Shown: in pieces, positions 34,457 through 46,721 of the stretch
How positions within the stretch are numbered: position 1 is the first letter of the stretch
Layout: the number at the start of each line of letters is the position of its first letter
NCBI GenBank assembly: GCA_002269645.1
Contig: NIVC01001371.1
Location: 238,930-302,929, forward strand
Source: Macrostomum lignano
Lineage: Eukaryota
DNA: 64,000 bases
Reading direction: 5' to 3'
Position numbers and translations under genes: made by a program
The notes under the pieces: model-generated
The model's database searches: none
What the model was told of the DNA's origin: nothing
The model's input: only the letters and a program-made list of their open reading frames with translations

Positions 34457-37400
34457 ATGGATCACACAAATGAGCCACCAAGCAAACGACAATACGCCGG
34501 AAGCGGAGCGCGCAACGAAATGCGCTTTTTAATCCCGTCTAAGGTAAATCACGTGATCAATACGCACTGATCTATTAGTGTAGAATAATTCATGTGCTCA
34601 CTGTCTCATTCTGATTGCAGATGGCTGGCGTTATCATTGGCAAAGGCGGAGCCAACATCAAGCGTTTACGCGAAGAGGTGAGCACATCGAATACTTTGCC
34701 ATGTATATATTTTTAAATTAATGTTTAGTCAGCAGTTTGCTATTAATATCACGCTTGTTTTATTTTCTATACTTAATAATACTATAGTACCATTATTGTT
34801 TTACTAATTTCGTATTGAAAAGTCTACAAATATGCTAGTCGTACATTGTGCACGAATTCATTTTATAATACTGACAGTAATAGAACTATATTATTAACAG
34901 CTAGATCAAATATCCAAAGTTACCAGTCGAAAACTTACAAAATCCAAAAAGTACGTAGAGAACCCGCTGTACAGATCCCACCCCCACTCTACTCTCTTTT
35001 CCCTTTCCAGTTCTCTGCCAAAGTGTCCGTACCCGATTCCAATGGCCCCGAACGGTACTGATGAAGTCGCTGATAATTTCCCTGTTATTGTTGCGTAATA
35101 TTTGTATGTTTTTCAAACTGACGCGTTCCTGAAAATTTGCTTTTTTAATCTTCCTGATAAGGCTGTTTATTTTCAATCCACATCATTCGTACTTTTTAAT
35201 TGTCTTTTCAATAAAACCATTACTAATCCACAGTGCTTCGGATCTAGATTGGCATTTGACTGTCAGTGTCTCGGATCTAGATTGGCATTTGACTGTCAGT
35301 GTCTCGGATGTAGATTGGCATTTGACTGTCAGTGTCTCGGATCTAGATTGGCATTTGACTGTCAGTGTCTCGGATGTAGATTGGCATTTGACTGTCAGTG
35401 TCTCGGATCTAGATTGGCATTTGACTGTCAGTGTCTCGGATCTAGATTGGCATTTGACTGTCAGTGTCTCGGATCTAGATTGGCATTTGACTGTCAGTGT
35501 CTTGGATGTAGATTGGCATTTGACTGTCAGTGTCTCGGATGTAGATTGGCATTTGACTGTCAGTGTCTCGGATGTAGATTGGTATTTGACTGTCAGTGTC
35601 TCGGATGTAGATTGGCATTTGACTGTCAGTGTCTTGGATGTAGATTGGCATTTGAGTGTCAGTGTCTCGGATCTAGATTGGCATTTGACTGTCAGTGTCT
35701 CTGATTTAGATTGCCATTTGACTGTCAGTGTCTTGGATCTAGATTGGCATTTGACTGTCTGTGTCTCTGATGTAGATTGGCATTTGACTGTCAGTGTCTC
35801 GGATGTAGATTGGCATTTGACTGTCAGTGTCTCGGATGTAGATTGGCATTTGACTGTCAGTGTCTCGGATCTAGATTGGCATTTGACTGTCTGTGTCTCT
35901 GATGTAGATTGGCATTTGACTGTCAGTGTCTCGGATGTAGATTGGCATTTGACTGTCAGTGTCTCGGATGTAGATTGGTATTTGACTGTCAGTGTCTCGG
36001 ATGTAGATTGGCATTTGACTGTCAGTGTCTCGGATGTAGATTGGCATTTGACTGTCAGTGTCTCGGATGTAGATTGGCATTTGACTGTCAGTGTCTCGGA
36101 TGTAGATTGCCATTTGACTGTCAGTGTCTCTGATGTAGATTGGCATTTGACTGTCAGTGTCTCGGATCTAGATTGGCATTTGACTGTCAGTGTCTCGGAT
36201 CTAGATTGGCATTTGACTGTCAGTGTATCTTTAAGAGGAACCTAACATTTAGTATGTAGTAAATAAAAAGCTGCTTGTATGTTACTGTATTGTTGTTAGG
36301 CATGCTTTAAATAACCATTGACACATCTCATTACTAACAGTAATTTAAATGAAATGACAGGTTTCTGATTAGAGTAGAGATTTTGAAACCGCATAAGAAT
36401 TTATGTTGCGTTATTGGTTGAGAGAAAGTTTCTGATGAAATCTTAATGGTCAGTTTTTCATCGGTTTGATTTGTTAATATCTGTTCTTGCTATTCTATTA
36501 ACAGTTGAATTGCAAGGTTCCTCCAACACTCGGAACCTTCGCATTGGCACTAGTTTTTCTGTCAAACAGATGACTTATTTTATTAGAGGATAAAAAGCAT
36601 TCTTACGTCACGTTTCTTATTTCACGTCACGTCATTCTTACCTGCTGCATTTCTAAGCAGCATATGATGCTAGTATGGGTAGAAATACTACTATTTGAGA
36701 TGGTAAATAAGCGATGTTCTACTAGAATTACAGTCGTGTCTGACTCAAGTTAGTTTGTGAACTGATTTGAATAGACTAAATGAGATTATTATCTCTATGT
36801 TCTTCATCCCCCAAGAGTTTAAATATTCCCCAGATTTCACTTTTGCCTATTTTTGTGCAAGATATTTCAGTCTCCAAATTCCACAACCCCAAGTTTCACA
36901 GTCCCAAATTTCACAACTTTAAATGATATTTCTAATTGGGGTTGCAAAAGTTTTGGGGTTTGGGGCAAAGCTAGTTTGAGAATTAAAAAAATTAGGAGTC
37001 TACAAAAGCATCGTCTTATCATACTACTTGTTCAACGACTCGTACTACTTACACTCTGTATAATTTTTTGGAAGTCCAGAAGGTCAAAAAGTTGTCAATG
37101 AAGCGCTAAAACAAACAAATAATTCTGTTCCTCTGATGTATCTTCTGCTTTCGAGTATCTAAGTGCCCGTTTTTTATTATTTAAAAACCCGCCATCCAAC
37201 CGCGCAGAGTTCTGTGCTTGGAGGGCGAGCAGCCGATGCTGGAGTCCCTGCTAGCCGACGTGCTCAACACTATGGTTGTCGAGGGCAACAGCGGCCGCGG
37301 CGACCGGGACGGCCTGGGCACCCAGCAGGGCGCGGTGACCAACACCGGGGATGTGGACCTGCGCCTGCTGGTGCACCAGTCACAGGCCGGCTGCATCATC

Positions 37401-39656
37401 GGCAAAGGCGGCAGCAAGATCAAGGAGCTGCGCGAGGAGTCCAAGCTGCGCGCCTTAAAAGTGTATTCGGTTGCTTGTCCAGTGTCCACCGATCGCGTCA
37501 TTCAGATGATCGGCGCCCCGGCCGAGCTTCTTGGCGCCGTCCGCATGGTGTCCGAGCTGCTGGAATCGGCGCCGCCTAAAGGCCAAATTGCCGGCTACGA
37601 TGCGCGCAATTTCGACGAATTCGGCGCCGAACAGTACGGCGGCTGGCCCGGCTCCGGCCGCTGGGGCGTCGGCCGGCAAGACCACTCCGTGGCCGCCAGC
37701 GCCGTCGGCATGCCCCTGGCCCGCCCGGCTATCCGCCTGGCGGCGCTTTGGCCGCCGCGGCCGCCGCTGCTCACATGCGCGGAGGCGTGGCTCCGCCGCC
37801 GCCGCAGGCTCGCGGACTCGGCCCGCCAGTTGGTGTACCCATGGCCGCTGGCGGCGCCGCCGGCGGGATGCCGTACGGTGCTCCGCGCGCTCCACGCGTG
37901 CCAGCCGGTCCGGAGGTGACCCAGCAGGTGTCAATCCCGGACTCACTGACCGGCTCCATCATGGGCCGGGGCGGCCAGCGCATTAAGCAGATCAGGATGG
38001 AATCTGGCGCCGATATTAAAATTGATCGGGGCGACCCCGGTCAGGATCGCATTATTACTATTAGGGGCACCCAGGAGCAGATACAGAATGCGCAGTACCT
38101 GCTGCAGATGTGGTGAGTATAGTTTGTATATTTGTTTATGTTACACTCGCGATTCCTTCCCAGGTTTTGATCTGCCAGTTGGCCCTCAGTGTGGAAGACC
38201 AGTGATTGTTGCCCAGACATTTTTTTATAACATTATACTTCACAAAGTTTGACACTTTTGGACAACTCTCTCGGTCTTCCGTATTGATTGCCTTCGTTCG
38301 ACATTTTACTCATATTGACTTGTGTGCGCGAGCTCAGTGTCTTTTTATGTGATTCCTCCACCCCACATCTGGGTCATTGTGCATGTGTAGACCGCTCTAC
38401 CCCCACACCTAGTCCATCTCAAGACTGCTCTATCCCACACCTTAGTCCATCTGAAGACCGCTCTATCCCACACCCTAGTCCATCTGTAGACCGCTACCCT
38501 AGTCCATCTGAAGACCGCTACCCTAGTCCATCTGAAGACTGCTCTATCCCACACCCTAGTCCATCTGAAGACCGCTTTATCCCACACCCAGTCCATCTGA
38601 AGACCGCTCTATCCCACACCCTAGTCCATCTGTAGACCGCTCTATCCCACACCATAGTCCATCTGAAGACCGCTCTATCCCACACCCTAGTCCATCTGTA
38701 GACCGCTCTATCCCACACCCAGTCCATCTGAAGACCGCTCTATCCCACACCCTAGTCCATCTGTAGACCGCTCTATCCCACACCCAGTCCATCTGAAGAC
38801 CGCTCTATCCCACACCCTAGTCCATCTGTAGACCGCTCTATCCCACACCATAGTCCATCTGAAGACCGCTCTATCCCACACCCTAGTCCATCTGTAGACC
38901 GCTCTATCCCACACCCAGTCCATCTGAAGACCGCTCTATCCCACACCCTAGTCCATCTGTAGACCGCTCTATCCCACACCATAGTCCATCTGAAGACCGC
39001 TCTATCCCACACCCTAGTCCATCTGTAGACCGCTCTATCCCACACCATAGTCCATCTGAAGACCGCTCTATCCCACACCCTAGTCCATCTGTAGACCGCT
39101 CTATCCCACACCCAGTCCATCTGAAGACCGCTCTATCCCACACCATAGTCCATCTGAAGACCGCTCTATCCCACACCCAGTCCATCTGAAGACCGCTATA
39201 TCCCACACCCTAGTCCATCTGTAGACCGCTCTATCCCACACCCTAGTCCATCTGAAAACCACTCTATCCCACACCCTAGTCCATCTGAAGACTGCTCTAT
39301 CCCACACCCTAGTCCATCTGAAGACTGCTCTATCCCACACCCTAGTCCATCTGAAGACCGCTCTATCCCACACCCAGTCCATCTGAAGACCGCTCTATCC
39401 CACACCCTAGTCCATCTGAAGACCGCTCTATCCCACACCCTAGTCCATCTGAAGACTGCTCTATCCCACACCCTAGTCCATCTGAAGACCGCTCTATCCC
39501 ACACCTTAGTCCATCTGAAGACCGCTCTACCCCACACCCTAGTCCATCTGAAGACTGCTCTATCCCACAGCTTGTTATTTTAGTCAAGCAAATAACCTGA
39601 ACAAAGTTCCCCCTCGTTAACATTTCAGCGTGAAGAAGTACTCAGGACAGTACTAA
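34457..39656 (+). CDS. HNRNPK: Heterogeneous nuclear ribonucleoprotein K (3 KH domains); exons 34457-34543, 34621-34677, 35011-35054, 37208-38112, 39629-39656; one base missing in exon 4
   Basis: KH1 MRFLIPSK|[19 protein letters not shown]2 [27 protein letters not shown]3 VTQQVSIP...[21 protein letters not shown], and C-terminus [13 protein letters not shown] typical of hnRNP K. Exon 4 is 905 nt where its phases require 906. Confidence 0.93.
35236..36230. repeat. Intronic minisatellite, 33-bp unit gattggcatttgactgtcagtgtctcggat(c/g)ta
   Basis: About 30 copies in hnRNP K intron 3. Confidence 0.95.
38375..39570. repeat. Intronic minisatellite, 33/31-bp unit cccacaccctagtccatctg(a/t)agaccgctctat
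   Basis: About 36 copies in hnRNP K intron 4. Confidence 0.95.
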
Positions 39657-40189
39657 TAATAATCGGCGCTAATGAAGAAGAACTATCTAAATTCGCCAGC
39701 AGCTTCGAAAATGCTTAGCAAACGGATTTGAACAGGTTTTTTTGTATTCAAGTTAGACTGGACTGTAATAATTCTAAAATAGCGATCAGTATCAAGTGTT
39801 TCTAGTGCAAACCGCGGGCTTGTTTTGTTATTATTAATAAATATGCCTAAGGCCCTTCACCCCCGGGCTTTAAGGCATGCATTTGTCACCTCTTTTCCCA
39901 TCTATAAATTGGCCTGCTTGTTTTTTATTCTGTTCGCAGGTTGGCTCCGGTGCGACGGTGTGTGTGTTTGAGGGTAAATTAATAATTAATTAGCTAATGA
40001 AAGTAAGTGGATTCGATGCGATGCGGTGAAATTCGGGTCGCTGAATTTAATTGTCCATCTTTGAGAAAAAGGCACAGCTTTTTGTGTTACTGAATCGATC
40101 TCTATTGTGTTGCAGTTTTCTTTCTTTCAACCTGACTAGCTTAGTGCAGTCATTTTGCATAGAACTGAGCCTAGAGCCTCATCCAGTAT

Positions 40190-40740
40190 TACCTTCATCA
40201 GGATAGTGGCGCCTGTAGGTGGCCTTCATCAGGATAGTGGCGCCTGTAGGTGGCCTTTATTAGGATAGTGGCGCCTGTAGGTGGCCTTTATTAGGATAGT
40301 GGCGCCTGTAGGTGGCCTTCATCAGGATAGTGGCGCCTGTAGGTGGCCTTCATCAGGATAGTGGCGCCTGTAGGTGGCCTTCATCAGGATAGTGGCGCCT
40401 GTAGGTGGCCTTTATTAAGATAGTGGCGCCTGTAGGTGGCCTTTATTAGGATAGTGGCGCCTGTAGGTGGCCTTCATCAGGATAGTGGCGCCTGTAGGTG
40501 GCCTTTATCAGGATAGTGGCGCCTGTAGGTGGCCTTCATCAGGATAGTGGTGCCTGTAGATTGCCTTTATCAGTATAGTGGCGCCTGTAGATTGCCTTTA
40601 TCAGTATAGTGGCGTCTCTAGATGACATCTATCAGGATAGTGGCGCTTGTAAGTGACATCTTTCAGGATAGCGGCGCTTGTAAGTGACATCTATCAGGAT
40701 AGTGGCACCTGTAAGTGACGTTTATCAGGATAGTGGGCAG
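40190..40740. repeat. Minisatellite, 31-bp unit atcaggatagtggcgcctgtaggtggccttc
   Basis: About 17 copies, diverging toward the right. Confidence 0.95.
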
Positions 40741-40967
40741 TGGCGCCCGTAAAAAGCATTTATGGGTATTACAAAAACGTAATTTAGCAAGATACTGGCG
40801 CCTATTGAATGGCTTTATCAAGACAATCACCTATAAAATGGCCATCATGTCAATAGTGGCAAGCTAATGCTGTATTAGTGCGCATCAAACAGACAAAAAA
40901 CTTAGTTTCAGTGTCAATGTTAGAATAACAACAGACCCTGGTGTATTTGAATTACTCAACCTTCCAG

Positions 40968-41219
40968 GCCGATCATCAATCAGTCCGGCCGGAGGGCCGC
41001 ATGATCGACCTGGTCGATGCTGATTGGCTGGACGATCGGCTGCCCCGCGAGTCCGTGCCCGTGCTGCCTAGCGAGCTGCCGGATTTGGATCCGGACTCGC
41101 AGGACGAGCAGGAGGCGGCCGACGATAACAAGTGGACAGAGCTGCAGCTGATGCGCATTAGGCGGATTGCCGAGCAGCAGGTTCGCGGCCATACTGCCGG
41201 GCCTGCGCCGCCAAGCTAG
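40968..41219 (+). CDS. ANAPC13: Anaphase-promoting complex subunit 13
   Basis: RPEGRMIDLVDADWLDDRLPRESVPV...ELP...KWTELQL parallels APC13 (RDGRILDLIDDAWREDKLP...KWTDLAL). The exon starts at acceptor ttccag|GCC. Confidence 0.88.
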   Translation, partial: ADHQSVRPEGRMIDLVDADWLDDRLPRESVPVLPSELPDLDPDSQDEQEAADDNKWTELQLMRIRRIAEQQVRGHTAGPAPPS

Positions 41220-41269
41220 AGTCCTTTCGCTTCATTCCGACTCTGTCTAGTGCTTTTGCTAAACTTTAT

Positions 41270-41925
41270 CTCATCAGGCCACTCCCCCCGCTAGCAGTTA
41301 GTGACTGCAATATCATCAGGCCACTTCCCCCGCTAGCAGTTAGTGACTGCAATATCGTCAGGGCCACTCCCCCCCGCTAGCAGTTAGTGACTGCAATATC
41401 GTCAGGGCCACTCCCCCCCGCTAGCAGTTAGTAACTGCAATATCGTCAGGGCCACTCCCCCCCGCTAGCAGTTAGTGACTGCAATATCATCAGGCCACTC
41501 CCCCCGCTAGCAGTTAGTAACTGCAATATCGTCAGGGCCACTCCCCCCCGCTAGCAGTTAGTGACTGCAATATCATCAGGCCACTCCCCCCCGCTAGCAG
41601 TTAGTAACTGCAATATCGTCAGGGCCACTCCCCTCCGCTAGCAGTTAGTGACTGCAATATCATCAGGCCACTCCCTCCGCTAGCAGTTAGTGACTACAAT
41701 ATCGTCAGGGCCACTCCCCCCCGCTAGCAGTTAGTAACTGCAATATCGTCAGGGCCACTCCCCCCCGCTAGCAGTTAGTGACTGCAATATCGTCAGGGCC
41801 ACTCCCCCCCGCTAGCAGTTAGTAACTGCAATATCGTCAGGGCCACTCCCCTCCGCTAGCAGTTAGTGACTGCAATATCATCAGGGTCACTCCTTCCGCT
41901 AGCAGTTAGTGACTGCAATATCATG
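41270..41925. repeat. Minisatellite, 42-44-bp unit atcgtcagggccactccccccgctagcagttagtgactgcaat
   Basis: About 15 copies starting ~50 bp after the APC13 stop; the C run length varies. Confidence 0.95.
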
Positions 41926-42389
41926 AGGGTATGGTGCGAATACACGAATTCTCTGGCCCTGACGCAAACAGTTAAGACCCCAAAACCGAAAGCAATCAAA
42001 GTACGTATTTGATTCCTTGAATTCATTCGTTTTTCTGTATTTTCGTGCTTGTCGCTTATGATGAAATGCTGCCAAATTTAATTACCAAATACAAAATATT
42101 ACTTCTTATGACTTCATAATTTGTAAGTAGACGAGAAGTGGCCGGTTGTAGATTGTTGATGCCGAAGGCTAATAGTTGCCGCGCTGTCGGATAAGTGGCC
42201 GAAATTTGGAAATTGGCCACTTGTCCGAACGCCTGCACGCGTTGGCGTGCAGACGGAAACAACTTGGTATTGTTTGCATTAGGCTGCTTGGGTCGGCTCG
42301 GCAGTCAGTTGTCGTAGACACGGAGAGACCCGATTGGAGGGCCAACAGATTGACTCGTGTTCTAAAATGAATTAAAATGCTTCGATTCC

Positions 42390-42795
42390 CATTGGATTCA
42401 GTATCCTCACCCAAGTCTCACCCACTAGATTCGGTATCCTTACCCAAGTCTCACCCATTGTATTCAGTATCCTTACCCAAGTCTCACCCACTAGATTCGG
42501 TATCCTTACCCAAGTCTCACAAATTGGATTCAGTATCCTTACCCAAATCTTACCCACTAGATTCAGTATCCTTACCCAAATCTTACCCACTAGATTCAGT
42601 ATCCTTACCCAAGTCTCACCCACTAGATTCAGTATCCTTACCCAAATCTTACCTACTAGATTCAGTATCCTTACCCAAGTCTCACCCACTAGATTCAGTA
42701 TCCTTACCCAAATCTCACCCACTAGATTCAGTATCCTTACCCAAGTCTCACCCACTAGATTCAGTATCCTTACCCAAATTTCATCCATTTGATTT
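42390..42795. repeat. Minisatellite, 33-bp unit ttcagtatccttacccaagtctcacccactaga
   Basis: About 12 copies. Confidence 0.95.
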
Positions 42796-43624
42796 AGAAT
42801 ACTATTGAATTCTGACTTTATCAAGTGGCTACTAGCAGTAGGTTATAACGAAATTAACTACGAAAAAATTTTATTGCTTTGAATACTATTATTTCTTTAG
42901 TACTTAAGGTCGGCTGAAAAGCCTGATGTTAGCTTTTTCCTACTCACCCGTAGGAATTGCCGTTCTATCGCCTGCAAAAATAACATTTGTTCACCCATGA
43001 GGTCCTATTCAATTAGGAGTTTTTTATATCTTATGAGGATATGGTGACTGCTTTGAAAACCATTACATAGTCAGCCACCTTTGTTTTTTAAGCTGACAGT
43101 CAGCATTAGCGTGTTTCCTGTATGCTCATCCTGTTTGTATTATTACCGAGGCGAAGGGATCGCAACGGTACTGGATGAAAATCTCTGCTTCTCTCCTTGT
43201 CCGAAGCGCAGGTGCAATTTCGAGCAGGAAAATAAGCCAGTAGGCAATCGACTCTTTCTGGTTTGCTAATCTTGACATCCTCTCTCGGGTGCTTCTTCCT
43301 TTTGCTAATTGGCCCCCTCCTGACCTGCTATTTCAAAAGTTGCTCGCCCTGCAAACGCAAGGGTGAGGTTCTCAGTGCTAGCGGGGCTGAGGAGGAAAAA
43401 CAAGGCGGAGGTGAGCTGATGCGTCCCTATAATTTTAACCAGCTCCGGTTCTCAAGTTTGAAATTATTCTACCCTTTCCTTGTTCTCGAGAAAATTAGTT
43501 CGTCTTCGACACTTGTGTTTTGCGTATGTCAGTCGCTGTCTGAAAGTGTCATAAAAATAAACAAGTTTTAGAGTTGGCTGACTCAAATTCTTGTTAGTAC
43601 CTTCAGGCTATTTTGCGAACTGAT

Positions 43625-43778
43625 TTCTGATTTTACAGCTGAGTGAACTGAAGCAATTCAAAGTTAAGAGGACAAGTGGTTAATTGGCTCAAGGATAAAT
43701 TGTTTCGATTTGAGTCCGGAATCGAACCCCAACCTTTCAGTCGTCAGTCTGACGTTCTAACCACTAGGCTACAACCCC
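43625..43778 (-). mobile_element. CORE-SINE 5' half (3'-truncated)
   Basis: tRNA-like head and part of the CORE block. Confidence 0.8.
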
Positions 43779-45958
43779 ACTAGTACTGGCTAGTATTGAA
43801 AACTAAAAGGGAAAGAAGACTGAAATGAAGCTGAAACAATCTCCTTTTATCTACGAAATCTTGTGGCGCAAGCATCCACTATTAGTTATTAATTATCGCA
43901 TTGGCTTTGATGCATACAGCCGCAGTCATCTATCCATCCCGGCATCCCCCTCTGCTGATGGCTGCACACTGCAGAGCGGCTTCAATCGGCCAACTGTCAG
44001 GGCTTCCTAGGAAAAGAGCAGCCCTTTGCTTTTGCCATTAGCTAATTTCATGCATATCTACTATAAGGATTCTGTGCTGCTGATGACGGCTTTCGCAGTT
44101 TTCTGGTCCAAGTATAGCGCCGAATTTCTATTTGCATTCTTTGCTCGCTCGGGGATTGCAGTCCCGATCCTTGAATTATGGCGGCCCACCCGTTTCGGAC
44201 CCCGACGGATCGAGCTAAATCCAGGCCCGCTGGCGGATTTCGGCGCGTCAGTGCCGTAGCGCCTCACTGACTGCATGGCCAATGAGCTTAGTTGAGCAGC
44301 GGCAGCTCTTGAGCAGCGCTAATCCATTTCGACACTTGACCGAGTTTCCAAACCAAACTAGAGAGAAGCCGCTGAGCTGTTGTCAGCCACTTGTTCGCCG
44401 AATTGCTTCGTGTTTTCTGCGGCCAGCAAAAATCCTATCCCAAATTTATGTTCGGTGATGTCGAGCACCTTCTCGGTCTACTTCAGATCTAACGCTGTTA
44501 TAAAAACTGCATTTCTACTCCAAGTGCCTCTCGGGGGAAGACGGTGATTTGAGAGACTGACCAAGACCCGAAGTGGAAGCTGCTGATGGTCTTAACGAGG
44601 CCTATATGACCGAATTCCCGATTGGTTCAGTGTGGACAAGGGGCAGTCGGCCAAGTGAATCCAATCTTCCTCCATTCTCAGTGTGGATCACTGCTATGGT
44701 CAAGAGTTCGAGACTGCGCGTGCCTTGGATGTGAAGCCACTGGATCTAATCTAGGCCCTCAAGCTCCCAGGCGACTGTAGTATCTTAGGAAAATAACCTG
44801 GCGTCCTTTAGTATCACCACCTAATTTTAAACTAACATTTCGTCATTAAAGGTTCTTCATAACCATACAGTTCCTTGGTATCATTATCGGTTTGTGTCCC
44901 CTTGCCGTCACTTTCTGATTCTTAGATTGCTTTTGGCTTTTCGCTTTGGCTTTGGATTTGGATTTTGGCTTCAAGCAGGGAATCCAACCTTGGGACTTGT
45001 GCGTAGTGCCTGGCGACCCGCAAGGTGCAAAGTATGCACACCGCCTTGCCATGAGAAAGTCGGAGTAGATGTACACATGTGAGCAGAGGCCAATATAGCA
45101 TGAGCATAGCGAATAGTTTCTTCGCTGACTGTCGTCCAAAGTTGCTCGTCATTAATATTGGCGCACTTAACTAACTCAATAGATGCACTTTTTTATTTAC
45201 TTCTGACTTTATCAACTCTATCAATAAACTCGTCTGAAGATCTGAACTGCTCATAACTAACCCCAGAAAAGTGCGAAATGAATAACGAAACAATTAATGG
45301 GCTTCCAAATACAAAACCAGACTAAATGAATAGATTGTCTCGCCGCCTGATTTTTCCGGTATACCGGCCAACCCCTGTGTTCATAAATTTGAATTTAGCG
45401 CCCAGCCATCCGTTGTTGGCATGGTTACGGGTCATGCCTGTCCATTGAAGCGTATAGCCATAGTTGAGAAGTCTCTTTTTACCGGAAATGCTTTATCGCC
45501 CGTTTCATTGGGTGGCCGCTCCCGGGCGCCCGCGGCCGGCCATTCCTGGCCAGATGCAGAGAGCAATAGTATAGGCCGTCGCCATCCATCACAGCTGTCA
45601 CTAAATGCGTCTGCACTGGTCAGGGTCGCCTAAGTCCGAAGCTGGCCTGGCCACCGGGATTGGGCGGGTCGCCAGGAAGCTGCCCGAGTTGGAATGAATG
45701 GCGATGTCACCTATTGCACCCCGGGGCGTCTGGCCGCAATCTGGGTTTTCGGCCGGGGTTGCATGGCGCCGCATTGGAGGGGGGAGCTATAATTGATGCC
45801 AACTCGAGGCCAACCGGTGTGTCCTTTGGTGTATCCTTTTTCAACTGCGTTCTGCCAGCTCGCGTATTCGCTGCGACCGACACTCCGGTCCCTAGTTACA
45901 GCAACAAAAATAAAAGTGCAACAATGGCTACTATTTAATTCCAGTTTTCCATCTAAGC

Positions 45959-46721
45959 CAGGGCTCGGCAAACTCTCCGGCCCGTGAAGCCTCTCAATCC
46001 GGCCCTCGGGTCCTTTGAAACTTCGCAATAGCAATCCGGTGTTAGAGTTTAGGATCTCCGCGTTTTAGGGTCTCCGGCCCGGAGATCACAAACTGAAAAT
46101 TGTGTCATTTTAAGATCGCCCACACGGAGATCGGAAACCAGAGATCCTAAACCAGGACTTTGTTTTTGCGGCTCTGACGGAGAGCTGAAACTGGTTTAGA
46201 GTCTCCTGGGGGGAGATCAGAAACTGGTTTAAGATCTCCGGGTGCGGAGACCTGAAAATGCCCCGGAGACCCTTAAACGGTTTCAGATCTCCTACCCCGG
46301 AGACCCATAACCGTTAAAAGTCTCCAGGGGAGATCCTAAACCGTTTAGGGTCTCCGCCCCGGACACCCTAAACTGACCGGACCCCCGGAGATCCTAAACC
46401 ATAACACCGGCCCTCGGGTCCTTTGAAACTTCGCAATAGCAATCCGGCCCTAGGGTCCTTTGAAAAGGTGTGCCTCTTCTTATCCAGTTCTTTCTCTCTC
46501 TCACCTCTCCTCTCTGCCCGTCTCTCCTCTCCGTCTCTCTCCTCTCTTCGCTCTCTCTCCTCTTCTCTCCCCTCTCTCCTTTCTCTACTCTCCGATTTTC
46601 TATCATCTGACCTCTCATATTTTATCATTTCTACTTTCCTCTCTCATTTCCTTTCCATGGCGCGCAGCCATGAGCTGTGTTTTCTATCTGGCCCTTGAGG
46701 CAAAAAGTTTGCAGACCCCTG
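45959..46721. mobile_element. hAT MITE with CT-rich tract, carrying a nested insertion
   Basis: TIR cagggctcggcaaact / agtttgcagacccctg; perfect 8-bp TSD atctaagc. Confidence 0.9.
46040..46406. mobile_element. Non-autonomous Ginger-like element nested in the hAT MITE
   Basis: TGTTA...TAACA termini, ~20-bp TIR (tgtta..gtttaggatctcc), 4-bp TSD CCGG, many internal ggagatc/ggagacc subrepeats. Confidence 0.7.

Noticed and set aside
35102-36245. 329-aa and 200-aa ORFs
   Set aside because: Translations of a 33-bp stop-free repeat unit inside hnRNP K intron 3.
42185-42260. Two adjacent hairpins as a Helitron 3' end
   Set aside because: No CTRR terminus at the expected distance and no second copy in the window.
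38345-42824. Repeat-derived ORFs and CRISPR-like appearance of the 31-44-bp arrays
   Set aside because: Head-to-tail units with no unique spacers, no cas genes, eukaryotic context.
44470-45150. Possible LINE C-terminal or Lys-rich coding fragments
   Set aside because: No RT, endonuclease or CCHC motif I can identify; all frames are interrupted.
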